Positions 1-10,133 of a stretch of DNA of 64,000 bases are shown here, piece by piece. The notes beneath the pieces are model-generated. The model was not told the origin of the DNA, made no database searches, and saw only the letters and a program-made list of their open reading frames with translations. The DNA comes from Promethearchaeota archaeon (lineage in GTDB: Archaea > Asgardarchaeota > Lokiarchaeia > Sigyniarchaeales > SOKP01): NCBI GenBank assembly GCA_016839555.1, contig JAEOUA010000003.1, positions 224,001 through 288,000 on the forward strand. Direction: 5' to 3'. The translations under genes were made by a program, and so were the position numbers. The stretch's first letter is position 1, and every line of letters starts with the position of its first letter.

Positions 1-158
1 ATCGTTGCCCATGGTCTATATACTAAAAATCCTTTTACATTATACCTTATATCTGCTAGGTCAGCTTTGTATAGAAGCTCTGAATACCAGCCAGAAAAAT
101 CCTCATCTTTCGAAATAGTGATACCAGTTTCCGGTATATTATTATCCTTTTTAGCCAT
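1..158 (-). CDS. proS: Prolyl-tRNA synthetase, N-terminal part (runs off the window start)
   Basis: Manual translation from ATG at 158: MAKKDNNIPETGITISKDEDFSGWYSELLYKADLADIRYNVKGFLVYRPWAT, matching the archaeal/eukaryotic ProRS N-terminus (FSxWY..A.L.D.RY.VKG..V.RP). Confidence 0.9.
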   Translation of the reverse strand, partial: MAKKDNNIPETGITISKDEDFSGWYSELLYKADLADIRYNVKGFLVYRPWAT

Positions 159-476
159 TATAATCCTCTTATTTAGAAGGATAATATTGTAAAAATTAAA
201 TATTTTTTTGGGAAAAACGCTTTTTTTATAGAAAACTTATTGAAATTTATTTTTTTCAGAATCAACAGTCTAAAATTTTAGAATTCTTTCATAAAACTGT
301 TAATTATAAGATTTTTAGAAATAAAATAAGAAATAATTTTTCTATTTATTTAGTTAAAGAATAAGATTTATATTTTTAAAGATTAAATATTTATATTGCT
401 AATTATCTCAAAATATAGCTTTATTATTTATTTTATACCTGAAAATCTTTATGCTATAATAAATTAAAAACCATTA

Positions 477-3458
477 ATGGAAAAAAATAAAATGAATGAA
501 TCAGAAATAAATGAAGAATTAGATCGATTTAAAGACTCCCTTTCTCTTTTAAATGTTGTTTTTAGTCGCAAGAGATTAAAGAAAGAAATATATAATGAAA
601 AAACGGGTTTTATTTTTAATGCTAAATATCAATTTTCTACGCGCGATGGAGGATTTAATTTTTATGTGGTATTTAATAATGGAGAAATTACTACTGGTGA
701 AGGCAAAATTGAAGACCCTAATATTACAATCTTTTACAAAGATAAAGCAACCTTAGCAGAAACCTGGAATAAAAGTGCAGATGAAACTCTTGAATATTTA
801 CTTGATAATTCCATGTCTTATAAAGGGAATATGTGCTATTTGACTAAATTTTCCTATCTTACTACAATCGCGACCGGAGCAAAAATAAAAGGATATAAGG
901 GTCCTGAAAATCAACTTATTTGTTCTATTGATGAGATATTAAAAGGAGAAGAAGGAAGAAAACTTCAAAATGAAAGTTTAAACCGAAAAATCGATAATGT
1001 AGAATTTTTAGAGGATCCATATTTATCAAAATATACAATTGATGATTTTCCGCGTTTAAAATATCTTAAAGCTCGCCGCAGAGCGATGAAGCCTGCTATA
1101 TGCGTTGAGAGAGCAAAACTATTAACGGAATATCATAGAAGAAACGGTTATGAAGTAGATAATGATGGGAATCCAATAGATCCTGAAATACGTCAGGCTA
1201 AAGCTGTTAATTATATTATAAGTAATAAAAAGCCAATTATTCATGACTATCATCTTGTAGCGGGTTCAACCACAACAAAAGAGGCAGGTATTCCTATGTA
1301 TCCTGAACTAATTGGTACTGCTGCATGGCCTGAATTACGGGCTATAGGAGATCGCAAGCTTAATCCTAATGATATTGATCCAAAAGATGCAGATATTCTA
1401 AGTCAAGAAATATTTCCATATTGGATGGAAAGAAATGTACGAGAGTATTGCCGGGCAAAATTTAATGATCCCGTTTCTCAATGGCTTGAGGAATGTTGGG
1501 TTTTCTATTTTATGATGAAAAATAATGCTATTTCACATACCGTTCCCGGATTTCCCATAATTCTTGAAAAGGGTTTAGAATCTATTAAAAATGAAGCCCT
1601 TGATAAGGAACAGGCAGCAGATTCATCGGAAGAAAAAAGGTTTTATAAAGCAGTTACAATTGCTATAGATGGTGCTATAGCTTATTCGAATCATTTGAGT
1701 GAGGAAGCCTTGAGATTAGCAGATTCATTAGATCCCGATGATCCTGAGCAAGCACAGCGAATTACGGAATTAAAGGAGCTTTCCCGGATCTGTGCAAAAG
1801 TTCCTGCAAAACCAGCAGACACCTTATATGAGGCGATTCAATCTATATGGACTAGTTTCGTATGTATCCATTGTGAAAATGCTAATTCTGCAATGTCAAT
1901 CGGGCGATTAGATCAGATGTTGCAACCGTTTTTTTTAAAAGAAATGAAAAAAGCCCAGAGTAAAGAAGAACAAGAAAAAATAATTGAAAAAGCAATTGAG
2001 CTCGTTGGATCTTTAATTTTGAGAATCAATGATCATGATCCTTTAGTGCCCTCCATAGGAAATAAATTATTTGGGGGGAGCTCTTCTGATGATACAGTTA
2101 CCGTAGGAGGCGTAGATAGAAATGGAAATGACGCCGTGTGCGATATGACATTTGTAATTTTAAAAACAAATGAAATGCTATGTTTTCAAGATCCAAATAT
2201 GAATGCCAGATATTATCCGGGAATTAATTCTGAAGAATATCTAAGACGTTTGGTTGAGGTTAATGTAAATATGATTTCTTCTCCCGCAATTCATAATGAT
2301 AAAACTATGATTGAGGCTCTGGTGAACGAGGGGTTTGCTATAGAGGATGCAAGAGATTGGGCTGCAACAGGTTGTGTAGAACCTACAGTAGTTGGTAAGC
2401 ATTATGGGCACACTAATTGTATGCTATTAAATTTGGTTGCACCACTAGAAATGGTATTAAATGATGGAGTCCATCCTTTAATTGGGGAACAAGTTGGTCC
2501 TAAAACTGGAATTCCTTCTTTAGAAAATTTTCCAACCTTTAATGATTTTTATAATGCATATAAAACTCATCTGGCATATCTAATTGAGAAGTCAATAGAA
2601 ATAAATAATTATTTGGGAATTAGTCATCAATATATCCACCCAACACCCTTTTTATCTGCTTTCTATGAAGGACCCTTAGATAAGGGAAAGGACTTAATTC
2701 ACGGCGGAGCGAAATATAATACATCAGGAGTAGCATTAGTAGCTTTAACGGATGTTGTTGATAGCCTGTTAGTCATAAGGGATTTAATCTATGATAAAAA
2801 AGAATTGGATTTTTCTACTCTACTCTATGCATTAGAAGATAATTTTGAAAATGGCTCGGCAGAATTATTGAATAAAATTGATAAAGTTAATAAATTTGGC
2901 TCTAATGAACCTGGAACTCAAGAAATTGCCGATGATTTGCTAGATTTTTGTTATAATGAATATAAAAAGACGAAAAATTATAGAGGCGGAGATTATCTTG
3001 TAGGATATTGGTCCATAAGTTATCATGTGGGGTATGGAATGCTTACAGGGGCATTGCCTTCAGGTAGAAAAGCGGGAGAATCCTTAACTCACGCACTAAC
3101 ACCGGCACCTGGAAGATCTGATCTATTGCTTCAAAACATCCACACCATAGCAAGCTTGGATCATCTAAAAATGCCCAATAATGCATCTTTTAATGTTAAA
3201 CTCGTCCCCAATGCTAACGATTCTCATCAGAAAACTTTAGACATTTTTACCGGTTATGTACAGAGTTTTTTTGATTTAGGAGGAATGTTGTGGCAATTTA
3301 ATATAGTAACCTCAGATACTTTAAGAGATGCAATGAAAAATCCTGATAATTATCGGTGGTTACTTGTTCGAGTGTCGGGTTATAATGCGTATTTTACAAA
3401 AATCAATAAAAATATGCAAATAGAAATAATAAAAAGAACAGAATTTCAGTCGAGATGA
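477..3458 (+). CDS. Glycyl radical enzyme (PFL2/eliminase-like) with N-terminal SCP2-like domain
   Basis: C-terminal RVSGY glycyl-radical motif; Cys loop ATGCVEP; SIGRLDQ; TVGG; first ~130 aa resemble SCP2 (VFNNGEITTGEGKIEDPNITI...LLDNSMSYKGNMCYLTKF). Confidence 0.9.
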   Translation: MEKNKMNESEINEELDRFKDSLSLLNVVFSRKRLKKEIYNEKTGFIFNAKYQFSTRDGGFNFYVVFNNGEITTGEGKIEDPNITIFYKDKATLAETWNKSADETLEYLLDNSMSYKGNMCYLTKFSYLTTIATGAKIKGYKGPENQLICSIDEILKGEEGRKLQNESLNRKIDNVEFLEDPYLSKYTIDDFPRLKYLKARRRAMKPAICVERAKLLTEYHRRNGYEVDNDGNPIDPEIRQAKAVNYIISNKKPIIHDYHLVAGSTTTKEAGIPMYPELIGTAAWPELRAIGDRKLNPNDIDPKDADILSQEIFPYWMERNVREYCRAKFNDPVSQWLEECWVFYFMMKNNAISHTVPGFPIILEKGLESIKNEALDKEQAADSSEEKRFYKAVTIAIDGAIAYSNHLSEEALRLADSLDPDDPEQAQRITELKELSRICAKVPAKPADTLYEAIQSIWTSFVCIHCENANSAMSIGRLDQMLQPFFLKEMKKAQSKEEQEKIIEKAIELVGSLILRINDHDPLVPSIGNKLFGGSSSDDTVTVGGVDRNGNDAVCDMTFVILKTNEMLCFQDPNMNARYYPGINSEEYLRRLVEVNVNMISSPAIHNDKTMIEALVNEGFAIEDARDWAATGCVEPTVVGKHYGHTNCMLLNLVAPLEMVLNDGVHPLIGEQVGPKTGIPSLENFPTFNDFYNAYKTHLAYLIEKSIEINNYLGISHQYIHPTPFLSAFYEGPLDKGKDLIHGGAKYNTSGVALVALTDVVDSLLVIRDLIYDKKELDFSTLLYALEDNFENGSAELLNKIDKVNKFGSNEPGTQEIADDLLDFCYNEYKKTKNYRGGDYLVGYWSISYHVGYGMLTGALPSGRKAGESLTHALTPAPGRSDLLLQNIHTIASLDHLKMPNNASFNVKLVPNANDSHQKTLDIFTGYVQSFFDLGGMLWQFNIVTSDTLRDAMKNPDNYRWLLVRVSGYNAYFTKINKNMQIEIIKRTEFQSR

Positions 3459-3537
3459 TTGTTTCATTAAAATATAAATCTGAAATAAAATAATCTAAAT
3501 TTTTATTATAATATTTAATTTTTTATCTTTTTTTATT

Positions 3538-4431
3538 ATGAATACACTTATTATCGATATTAAGAGAAATGCATTAGACGATGGTCCTGGAATAAGAACA
3601 CTTATTTTCTTTAAAGGATGCCCATTATCTTGTGTATGGTGCCAAAATCCAGAAGCAAAATCATCAGAGCAAGAAATTTCTTTCGAAAATGAACTATGTA
3701 GTTTTTGCGGAAAATGTGCGGAAGTATGTGAGACTAATGCGATTAATTTGGATTATAAATATAGAATAAATAGAGAAGTATGTAATTTATGTGGAAAATG
3801 TGTCAATATATGTCCCAATCACGCATATGAACTTGTAGGAAAATTTTACGAAATAGATGAGTTAGTTGATATTATTCTTAAAGATAAAATTTTTTTTAAG
3901 AATTCAGGTGGAGGAATCACTCTATCGGGAGGAGAACCTACTTTACACATGAATTATATGAATAAATTATTAAAAAAATTAAAAAAACAAGAAATTCATG
4001 TTTGTTTAGAAACATGCGGATATTTTAATCTTTCAAATTTCACAGAAATGATACTGCCATATCTTGATTTAATCTATTTTGATCTTAAGCTTTATGATCC
4101 GGCATTACATAAAAAATATTGTGGCGTTTCCAACGAGATAATTCTTCAAAATTTTAAATATTTGATTAATGAAGCAAAAGTTGAAATATTACCTCGTATT
4201 CCACTAATTCCAAATATTACAACCGATGAAAATAATTTAAAGAGTTTCGCTCAATTTTTAAAGTCGAATAATATAAATAAAGTTCATCTTCTTCCTTATA
4301 ATCCTTTATGGCTCTCTAAACCCGAGAAAATTGGAGTCAAACTGGAATATGATTACTCAGAAATGCTTAAAAGCGATCAAAAAGAACAAATTAAAACCTT
4401 ATTTTCAGATTTTGAATATAATCAATTTTAA
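3538..4431 (+). CDS. Glycyl-radical enzyme activating enzyme (radical SAM) with 2x[4Fe-4S] ferredoxin insert
   Basis: DGPGIRT, FFKGCPLSCVWCQNPE, CSFCGKCAEVC and CNLCGKCVNICP, GGITLSGGEP; directly follows the GRE. Confidence 0.95.
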   Translation: MNTLIIDIKRNALDDGPGIRTLIFFKGCPLSCVWCQNPEAKSSEQEISFENELCSFCGKCAEVCETNAINLDYKYRINREVCNLCGKCVNICPNHAYELVGKFYEIDELVDIILKDKIFFKNSGGGITLSGGEPTLHMNYMNKLLKKLKKQEIHVCLETCGYFNLSNFTEMILPYLDLIYFDLKLYDPALHKKYCGVSNEIILQNFKYLINEAKVEILPRIPLIPNITTDENNLKSFAQFLKSNNINKVHLLPYNPLWLSKPEKIGVKLEYDYSEMLKSDQKEQIKTLFSDFEYNQF

Positions 4432-4502
4432 GATAGCTCATTTTTAATAGGAAAAATCTCTAATTATATTTTAATAAATTATCAAAAATGAGTTGAAAGT
4501 CT

Positions 4503-5354
4503 TTGAATAATAATTTTGAAACAATTAAATTTGAATTACAAGATAATGGAATTGGTATTTTAACTCTTAATAGACCAGAGAAATTAAATGCGATTTCTTT
4601 TCAAATGGAGGAGGAGCTTCATAATATATTAGATGAGTTATCTACTAATTTAGATTGTAGAGTATTAATTCTAAGAGCAGAGGGAAGAATTTTTAGTGCA
4701 GGTACAGATCTTCAAGAAGGTCTAATATTGAATTCAAAAAAGAGTCCTGAAGGCTATGAAAAATTTTATTATTTAGAAGTTCCAGAGCCATTAAAAAGAA
4801 AAATCTATCATCAATGGAGAATAACCCAATTGATTGTGAAACTTCGAGAGATTCATCAACCTATAATTGCATTAATTCAAGGATCTGCTGTCGGAGGAGG
4901 ATTCGGATTTTTATTAGCGTCTGATATTAGAATTGCAGCGTCTAACGCAAAATTCATTATTGCATCAATTAATATTGGTTTAACAGGAGCCGATACGGGT
5001 TCGAGCTATTTTTTACCTCGTCTCATAGGAATGTCTAAAGCAGCGGAAATTATGTATACAGGTAAATCAGTTGATGCAGGTGAAGCACTAAAAATTGGTT
5101 TAATTTCAAAGATAGTTCCTAATGAAAAGCTTTTAGATTCTGGAATTGAATTAGCAGAAGAAATGTTAACAAAGAGCCCTTTAGGGTTAAGATTAACAAA
5201 AAAAGCAATAAATTTATCACTAGATTCACCATCTCTTAATACCATTATTCAATTCGAAAATAGTTCAATTGTTTTGGCGTTCTCATCTAAAGATGTGGGA
5301 GAGGCATCAGCTGCATTTTTTGGAAAGCGAAAACCGAATTATCCTTTGAAATGA
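4503..5354 (+). CDS. Enoyl-CoA hydratase/isomerase (crotonase) family protein
   Basis: LNRPEKLNA, FSAGTDL, AVGGGFG, SDIRIA, GSSYFLPRLIG; TTG start. Confidence 0.93.
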   Translation: MNNNFETIKFELQDNGIGILTLNRPEKLNAISFQMEEELHNILDELSTNLDCRVLILRAEGRIFSAGTDLQEGLILNSKKSPEGYEKFYYLEVPEPLKRKIYHQWRITQLIVKLREIHQPIIALIQGSAVGGGFGFLLASDIRIAASNAKFIIASINIGLTGADTGSSYFLPRLIGMSKAAEIMYTGKSVDAGEALKIGLISKIVPNEKLLDSGIELAEEMLTKSPLGLRLTKKAINLSLDSPSLNTIIQFENSSIVLAFSSKDVGEASAAFFGKRKPNYPLK

Positions 5355-5414
5355 TTTAAATCCAAAATTGATTTTTTTCTAGAATATCAAAATTCAATTC
5401 TTTTATTTTTCTTT

Positions 5415-6182
5415 TTAATATTGAGAAGTATCTTCAAATTCATGTAATTTAGCATTGGTGATTATAGAATTAGATTTTATTATTGCCTCGTAATCTTTTG
5501 ATTCTAAATATTTCTTAATCGTTTGAGTAATTTTTTCTAATTTTATACTATAATCATTATCATTTATTTCATAAATAATAACAGTGTTAGCGTCTTTTAT
5601 ATCTGATTTCAATTTTAACTCTTCATCAATTTTTTGGAAAGTAATTTTAGAAGCTCCATTTAAAATCCCAATTTTCTTTATTTCTTCTTCTAAACCACCA
5701 AAGGTAAAATAATTTCTCTCTTTTAACTGTAATTTAGAGGCGAGTATTCTTTCTAAATTATCTCTTGATTTTTTATCATAAAAGCTTGTAAGTTCTCTGG
5801 ATACAATTTCTTTATACTTATTTTTTATCAAATAATCTTTTTTTTCAATGAAATCTATTAAGGATTCATAATATCTATCGTCGATATTTTTGAAATTTTC
5901 AACATTTCGCACGAAATCTGTTAAATTATGTAATAAATCATAATAGAATTTCATGGTGGATTTAATTTCCAATTTCTCATTTAAAGCTTTTATTTCAGGA
6001 TAATATTTTTTTAAAATTAGATTAATTTTTTTATTTAATGCTGCTAAAACTTGAGCAATTTCATTAACTTTACTGAATGATTTATATCGAATTAATTCTA
6101 ATAATTTTGTATCACTTTCAATTAGCTCATCAAAAATTTCAGTTATTTTTTGAAAATATTTTTTCTCAATATACGACATCAA
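5415..6182 (-). CDS. Hypothetical protein (helical, charged)
   Basis: 255-aa ORF with typical composition; no recognised motif. Confidence 0.7.
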   Translation of the reverse strand: MMSYIEKKYFQKITEIFDELIESDTKLLELIRYKSFSKVNEIAQVLAALNKKINLILKKYYPEIKALNEKLEIKSTMKFYYDLLHNLTDFVRNVENFKNIDDRYYESLIDFIEKKDYLIKNKYKEIVSRELTSFYDKKSRDNLERILASKLQLKERNYFTFGGLEEEIKKIGILNGASKITFQKIDEELKLKSDIKDANTVIIYEINDNDYSIKLEKITQTIKKYLESKDYEAIIKSNSIITNAKLHEFEDTSQY

Positions 6183-6307
6183 TAATATAATAAAACTAAA
6201 TGTTTTTATTCTTATCGCTCATAATTTATTCTTTTTATTTAAATTTCTAAAAAGATTATATTAGATTTATTTCCAATTTAAAAGAGATTAGAAAAAAATA
6301 TTATTTA

Positions 6308-7033
6308 TTATAAATTTAAGGTCTTTTTAGTATCTTTCTTCAATGTTAGAATAGAGAATACAATCCCCCATAAATCTATAATAAAAAATGCTATCCATTC
6401 CCATACGAGACCAGGGATAATATTCTCTCTACAAAATCCAGGGAGTAAATTTAGAAGACTAGTACCAGCTGACAGATCTTGATTTAAAAAAATAAAAATA
6501 ATAATAGATACTATAAAGCCAAAAGATGCACTCCATTTTGGAAGTTTCTGCCGGTCTTTAGTTTTATCCTGCACTAAAATTGCAATACTAAATATTGCTG
6601 GTGTTATCAATGCTAGTATGAAAAAGGTTCTTGCAATATGAAAATGTGGAATTCTTTTTGTATCTGCAGGATTAAATCCTATAAGGATAAGAGTTATTGA
6701 CCAAAGCAAACCCAATATCATCCCGATTTTTGCTATTGGCGCTGAGTATTTACCTTCAAGGTAGAGTGAAAAACCTAGAAGAAAGAAGAAATTTAAAACT
6801 CCACTAATTATTATAAATAGATTAAATAATAACCAACTCCAATTCCCCGACGTAGCCATACCTAGCTCAGATACTGCATGATTGTACCATATATAATCGC
6901 AGCCCAACAAATCCTTTGCTCCAATCATACAAATTAAGGGTCCTAAGAATAAAAATCCACCTATTCCAATTAAACCCCATATACCTATAGATATTTTATC
7001 ATAAAATTTATCTATGAGTTCTCTAACTTTCAT
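6308..7033 (-). CDS. DUF998-like membrane protein
   Basis: About six TM segments; HAVSELG motif after TM1; conserved H in IPHFHIA. Confidence 0.7.
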   Translation of the reverse strand: MKVRELIDKFYDKISIGIWGLIGIGGFLFLGPLICMIGAKDLLGCDYIWYNHAVSELGMATSGNWSWLLFNLFIIISGVLNFFFLLGFSLYLEGKYSAPIAKIGMILGLLWSITLILIGFNPADTKRIPHFHIARTFFILALITPAIFSIAILVQDKTKDRQKLPKWSASFGFIVSIIIFIFLNQDLSAGTSLLNLLPGFCRENIIPGLVWEWIAFFIIDLWGIVFSILTLKKDTKKTLNL

Positions 7034-7207
7034 TATTTCATCATTATATTATTCCTTATACTAGCTATTAAATTATTTAATTTATTTAATTTTATTAGAA
7101 ATATTAAGGTTAAAGATTTAATAGGTTTTAAGCTATGTTTAAAGAAGAAAATAATTTCTCGGATTCTTAAATAATGATTTAAAAAAAATTAGATACGATT
7201 GTATATA

Positions 7208-8365
7208 TTATGGTGAAATCAATTTTCCAATAAAAATGATAGTTTTTGTTTGAGAGTCTACTATCAAAAATATAAATGCATGATCAGCTTTGAAAATAGG
7301 AATCTTTCGCTGAGGAAGAGGGCCCTTTCCACGTTTTGTTATCATAGTCACAGCAGCAGCTTCAGTACCCTTTTCATTTACATCAACAAAGGCTTTATGA
7401 AGAATTTCACCAATATTTAGAAATAAATTTTTAGAGATATCTATAATTCCCGAAAAATCTGCGACTGTTGTAAATGGAAGAGTAAGACCTAATTTTTTCA
7501 AATCCTTTTTAAGCTCATATTTAGTCTCCATTTTAAATTTAGGAATATAAATGTCTACTTCTTGTTTATATAATTGCTCTAAATGAGTAAATAAAAAATC
7601 TACTGATATTTTTTTTTCCAAATTTTTTAGTCTATATTTATCAGTAGGGAGAAATATAAACATAGAGTATCTTTCAATTTTCCCATATCTCTGATTACCC
7701 TTATAAGGCAATTCAAGTATTTGAAGATCTTTATTCTCAAAATAAGGAAATACATTAATTTGATGCATTAATAAAACAGGTGCAATCTCCCTGTTTTGAA
7801 GATAAAAATTTGTTTCTTGAGTCAAATTTTTATTAAAGCTAATATCCCATATCCCCTTAAAATAAATTACGTTTAGTAAAATTAATTTAATGGTTGGATC
7901 AAATTTTTGGGGTGAAATTATAGTTTTAATTTTGTTATATGTGTTTTTTTTTACCCATATATTGATTTTATTGCAAGTGTTCTCAATATTTTCAAAATTT
8001 TCTTTATAGAATGCACCATTGTAATTCTCTTCCATTAGATAGAGGAATGATTCAAGAATTTCATAATTATTATCTGCCCAAATAGAGTTAGCAATAGTAA
8101 CTTCAATATTTTTAATTTTTAAAAGTTTATCTACCAATTCTCTAATTTTAATAGGCACTTTTGTCTTATTGAGTGTTATATGAAGCCTATTCTTTAATTG
8201 TTCTTCTGTTTCATTTTTTGCTCCCATAAATATCATAGTTAGCGCTGTGAATATGCTTAAAGGTGAAATAAATAAGTTTTGATCAGTTTCTTTCAATTGA
8301 ATATATAAATCGATTGCAAACGCATTAATAGAATTAGAAATAGAAAATTGTCCAATACTTGACAT
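7208..8365 (-). CDS. Serpin (inhibitory-type hinge), no signal peptide
   Basis: NLFISPLSI, NVIYFKGIW, LELPY, IPKFK, VNEKGTEAAA, FKADHAFIFLI. Confidence 0.95.
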   Translation of the reverse strand: MSSIGQFSISNSINAFAIDLYIQLKETDQNLFISPLSIFTALTMIFMGAKNETEEQLKNRLHITLNKTKVPIKIRELVDKLLKIKNIEVTIANSIWADNNYEILESFLYLMEENYNGAFYKENFENIENTCNKINIWVKKNTYNKIKTIISPQKFDPTIKLILLNVIYFKGIWDISFNKNLTQETNFYLQNREIAPVLLMHQINVFPYFENKDLQILELPYKGNQRYGKIERYSMFIFLPTDKYRLKNLEKKISVDFLFTHLEQLYKQEVDIYIPKFKMETKYELKKDLKKLGLTLPFTTVADFSGIIDISKNLFLNIGEILHKAFVDVNEKGTEAAAVTMITKRGKGPLPQRKIPIFKADHAFIFLIVDSQTKTIIFIGKLISP

Positions 8366-8609
8366 CTTTTTATTAATTCCTTTAATAGATTCTGGAATCT
8401 TTATAAAAATATTTTTTTAAATTTTTTAATAACTTTATATATATTAAAGATTTTGGTTTTTTGGCTATGTTATTAAAAAATGTGCTTATAATATTAACTG
8501 CAAATTTATTGTTCTCGATTCTTTTAAAATATATTAATTAAAAAATTTCGATCAGAATTTAGTAATTAGGTTAATTACAATCTCATATAACTTATTGATT
8601 AATTATAAA

Positions 8610-9548
8610 TTATATTTTATTTTCAATATCTTTTATTCTTGACCTTAAAGTGACTTCTGTAATTTTAGCAGTCTCGCTGATTTCCGTTTGGGTTTTATGA
8701 TCTTTGGTTTTTTTAGCGGCCATATAAATAGCACTTCCTGCTAATCCTTTTGGATCTTTTCCGGATCTGAATAATCCATTTCTAGAAGCTTTTATTAAGA
8801 TATGGAGTGCCTTTTTCTGTGTTTTCATTGATAATCCTAAATCATTGCAAAACTTGAATATAAGATGTTCTGCTCTAATTGGATTATATTTCAATCCCAT
8901 AACAGGGAGGATCTCCCTAACTATTAAACCTAAGGATTTATGCACTGTCCTTCTAGGGGTCATAGAAATTTCGCATACTTCTTCAAGCAAGCGAGGAAAT
9001 TCATGAATCCTGATAGCAGAATATAATGCTGCGCAAACAAATCCTTCTATTGAGCGTCCCATAGTTAGTCTTTTTTTTGCCACCATCGTGTAGATTTTCC
9101 ATGCTGTTTCTTTAATATATTCTGGGATATTCATTTTCGAACAAAGAATTTTTAATTTTGGTTTTGCTTCCCAGAAATTTCTTTCAATGCTAGAAACCAA
9201 AGAATTTTGAATCTTAGATAGCCGTGAAAATAAAGTCTTTCCTCTAGCACCAATTAATTTTCCATTAGAATCTTTTTTACTATTAGAGAGCATGGTTCTT
9301 GGTCCAAATTCTCTCCAACGTGGCTCTGTTCTACGCCTCTTCTCAATTTCTTCCATTGAATACGCTCTTCGCTCATTTTCAACCAGATTTTCTCCTATAA
9401 CAATACCACAGTTAATACAAACTATCTCTCCCCCCTTTTGTTTAAAAGAAGGATTGTTACAACATTTGGTTAATTCACTTCTCTCGTTATTTTTATTTAA
9501 AGATTCTTCATCTTCAACTCTTAAACGATCTCTATAGTTATATAACAA
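8610..9548 (-). CDS. tfb: Transcription initiation factor IIB (TFB) paralog
   Basis: Zn ribbon CC..GEIVCINCG, two cyclin repeats (GRSIEG, PRLLEE, GKDPKGLAG, ITEVTLRSR); TTG start. Confidence 0.92.
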   Translation of the reverse strand: MLYNYRDRLRVEDEESLNKNNERSELTKCCNNPSFKQKGGEIVCINCGIVIGENLVENERRAYSMEEIEKRRRTEPRWREFGPRTMLSNSKKDSNGKLIGARGKTLFSRLSKIQNSLVSSIERNFWEAKPKLKILCSKMNIPEYIKETAWKIYTMVAKKRLTMGRSIEGFVCAALYSAIRIHEFPRLLEEVCEISMTPRRTVHKSLGLIVREILPVMGLKYNPIRAEHLIFKFCNDLGLSMKTQKKALHILIKASRNGLFRSGKDPKGLAGSAIYMAAKKTKDHKTQTEISETAKITEVTLRSRIKDIENKI

Positions 9549-10133
9549 TTTTATGCCCCCTCTTTATAGATGCTAGCTTTTTCTATTAATTTTTAAAGAA
9601 TCATAATGAAAATAATGGATTCAATAATTTTATAAATTTAATTATTAATAATTTCAAATTTGCTTTAAATGAAAAAACCTATCATATATTTTTCATTTTA
9701 CGTCAATTTTTTAAATTATCACATTATTTAGCAATATAGGATTTGAGGTTGGTATTCACTTGAATGATTTTATTAAAAATTCAGTATATAAAATTATATA
9801 TGTGATCAATTTTATTTTCGTTAATCTTAAATGAGAATAGCATAATTATAAAACTTACTATTTATAAAGAACAATATAAGAAAATTATATTAAAAAAAGA
9901 GCTTAATGCTTCGATTTCGGATAAAATATAGGATAGGTTTGGAAATAATTCCACAATTTCTCTCGCTTATAACGTGTTTCACTTTTTTTTTTTTGCATTA
10001 TTAATTCTTCTGGCTTATAATTAAGATATAAAAATATAAAATCGATAAATTGATATAAAATCTATATTTTTTTCGTTTTTAATATTTATTTTAAGATGCT
10101 ATAAATAAGAAATAAGATATTAAGTTGCTTTCT

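Noticed and set aside
477-3458. Calling the GRE pyruvate formate-lyase or a fumarate-adding enzyme
   Set aside because: Single Cys (GCVE) rather than the PFL CC pair; no small accessory subunit genes; CxE loop is eliminase-like
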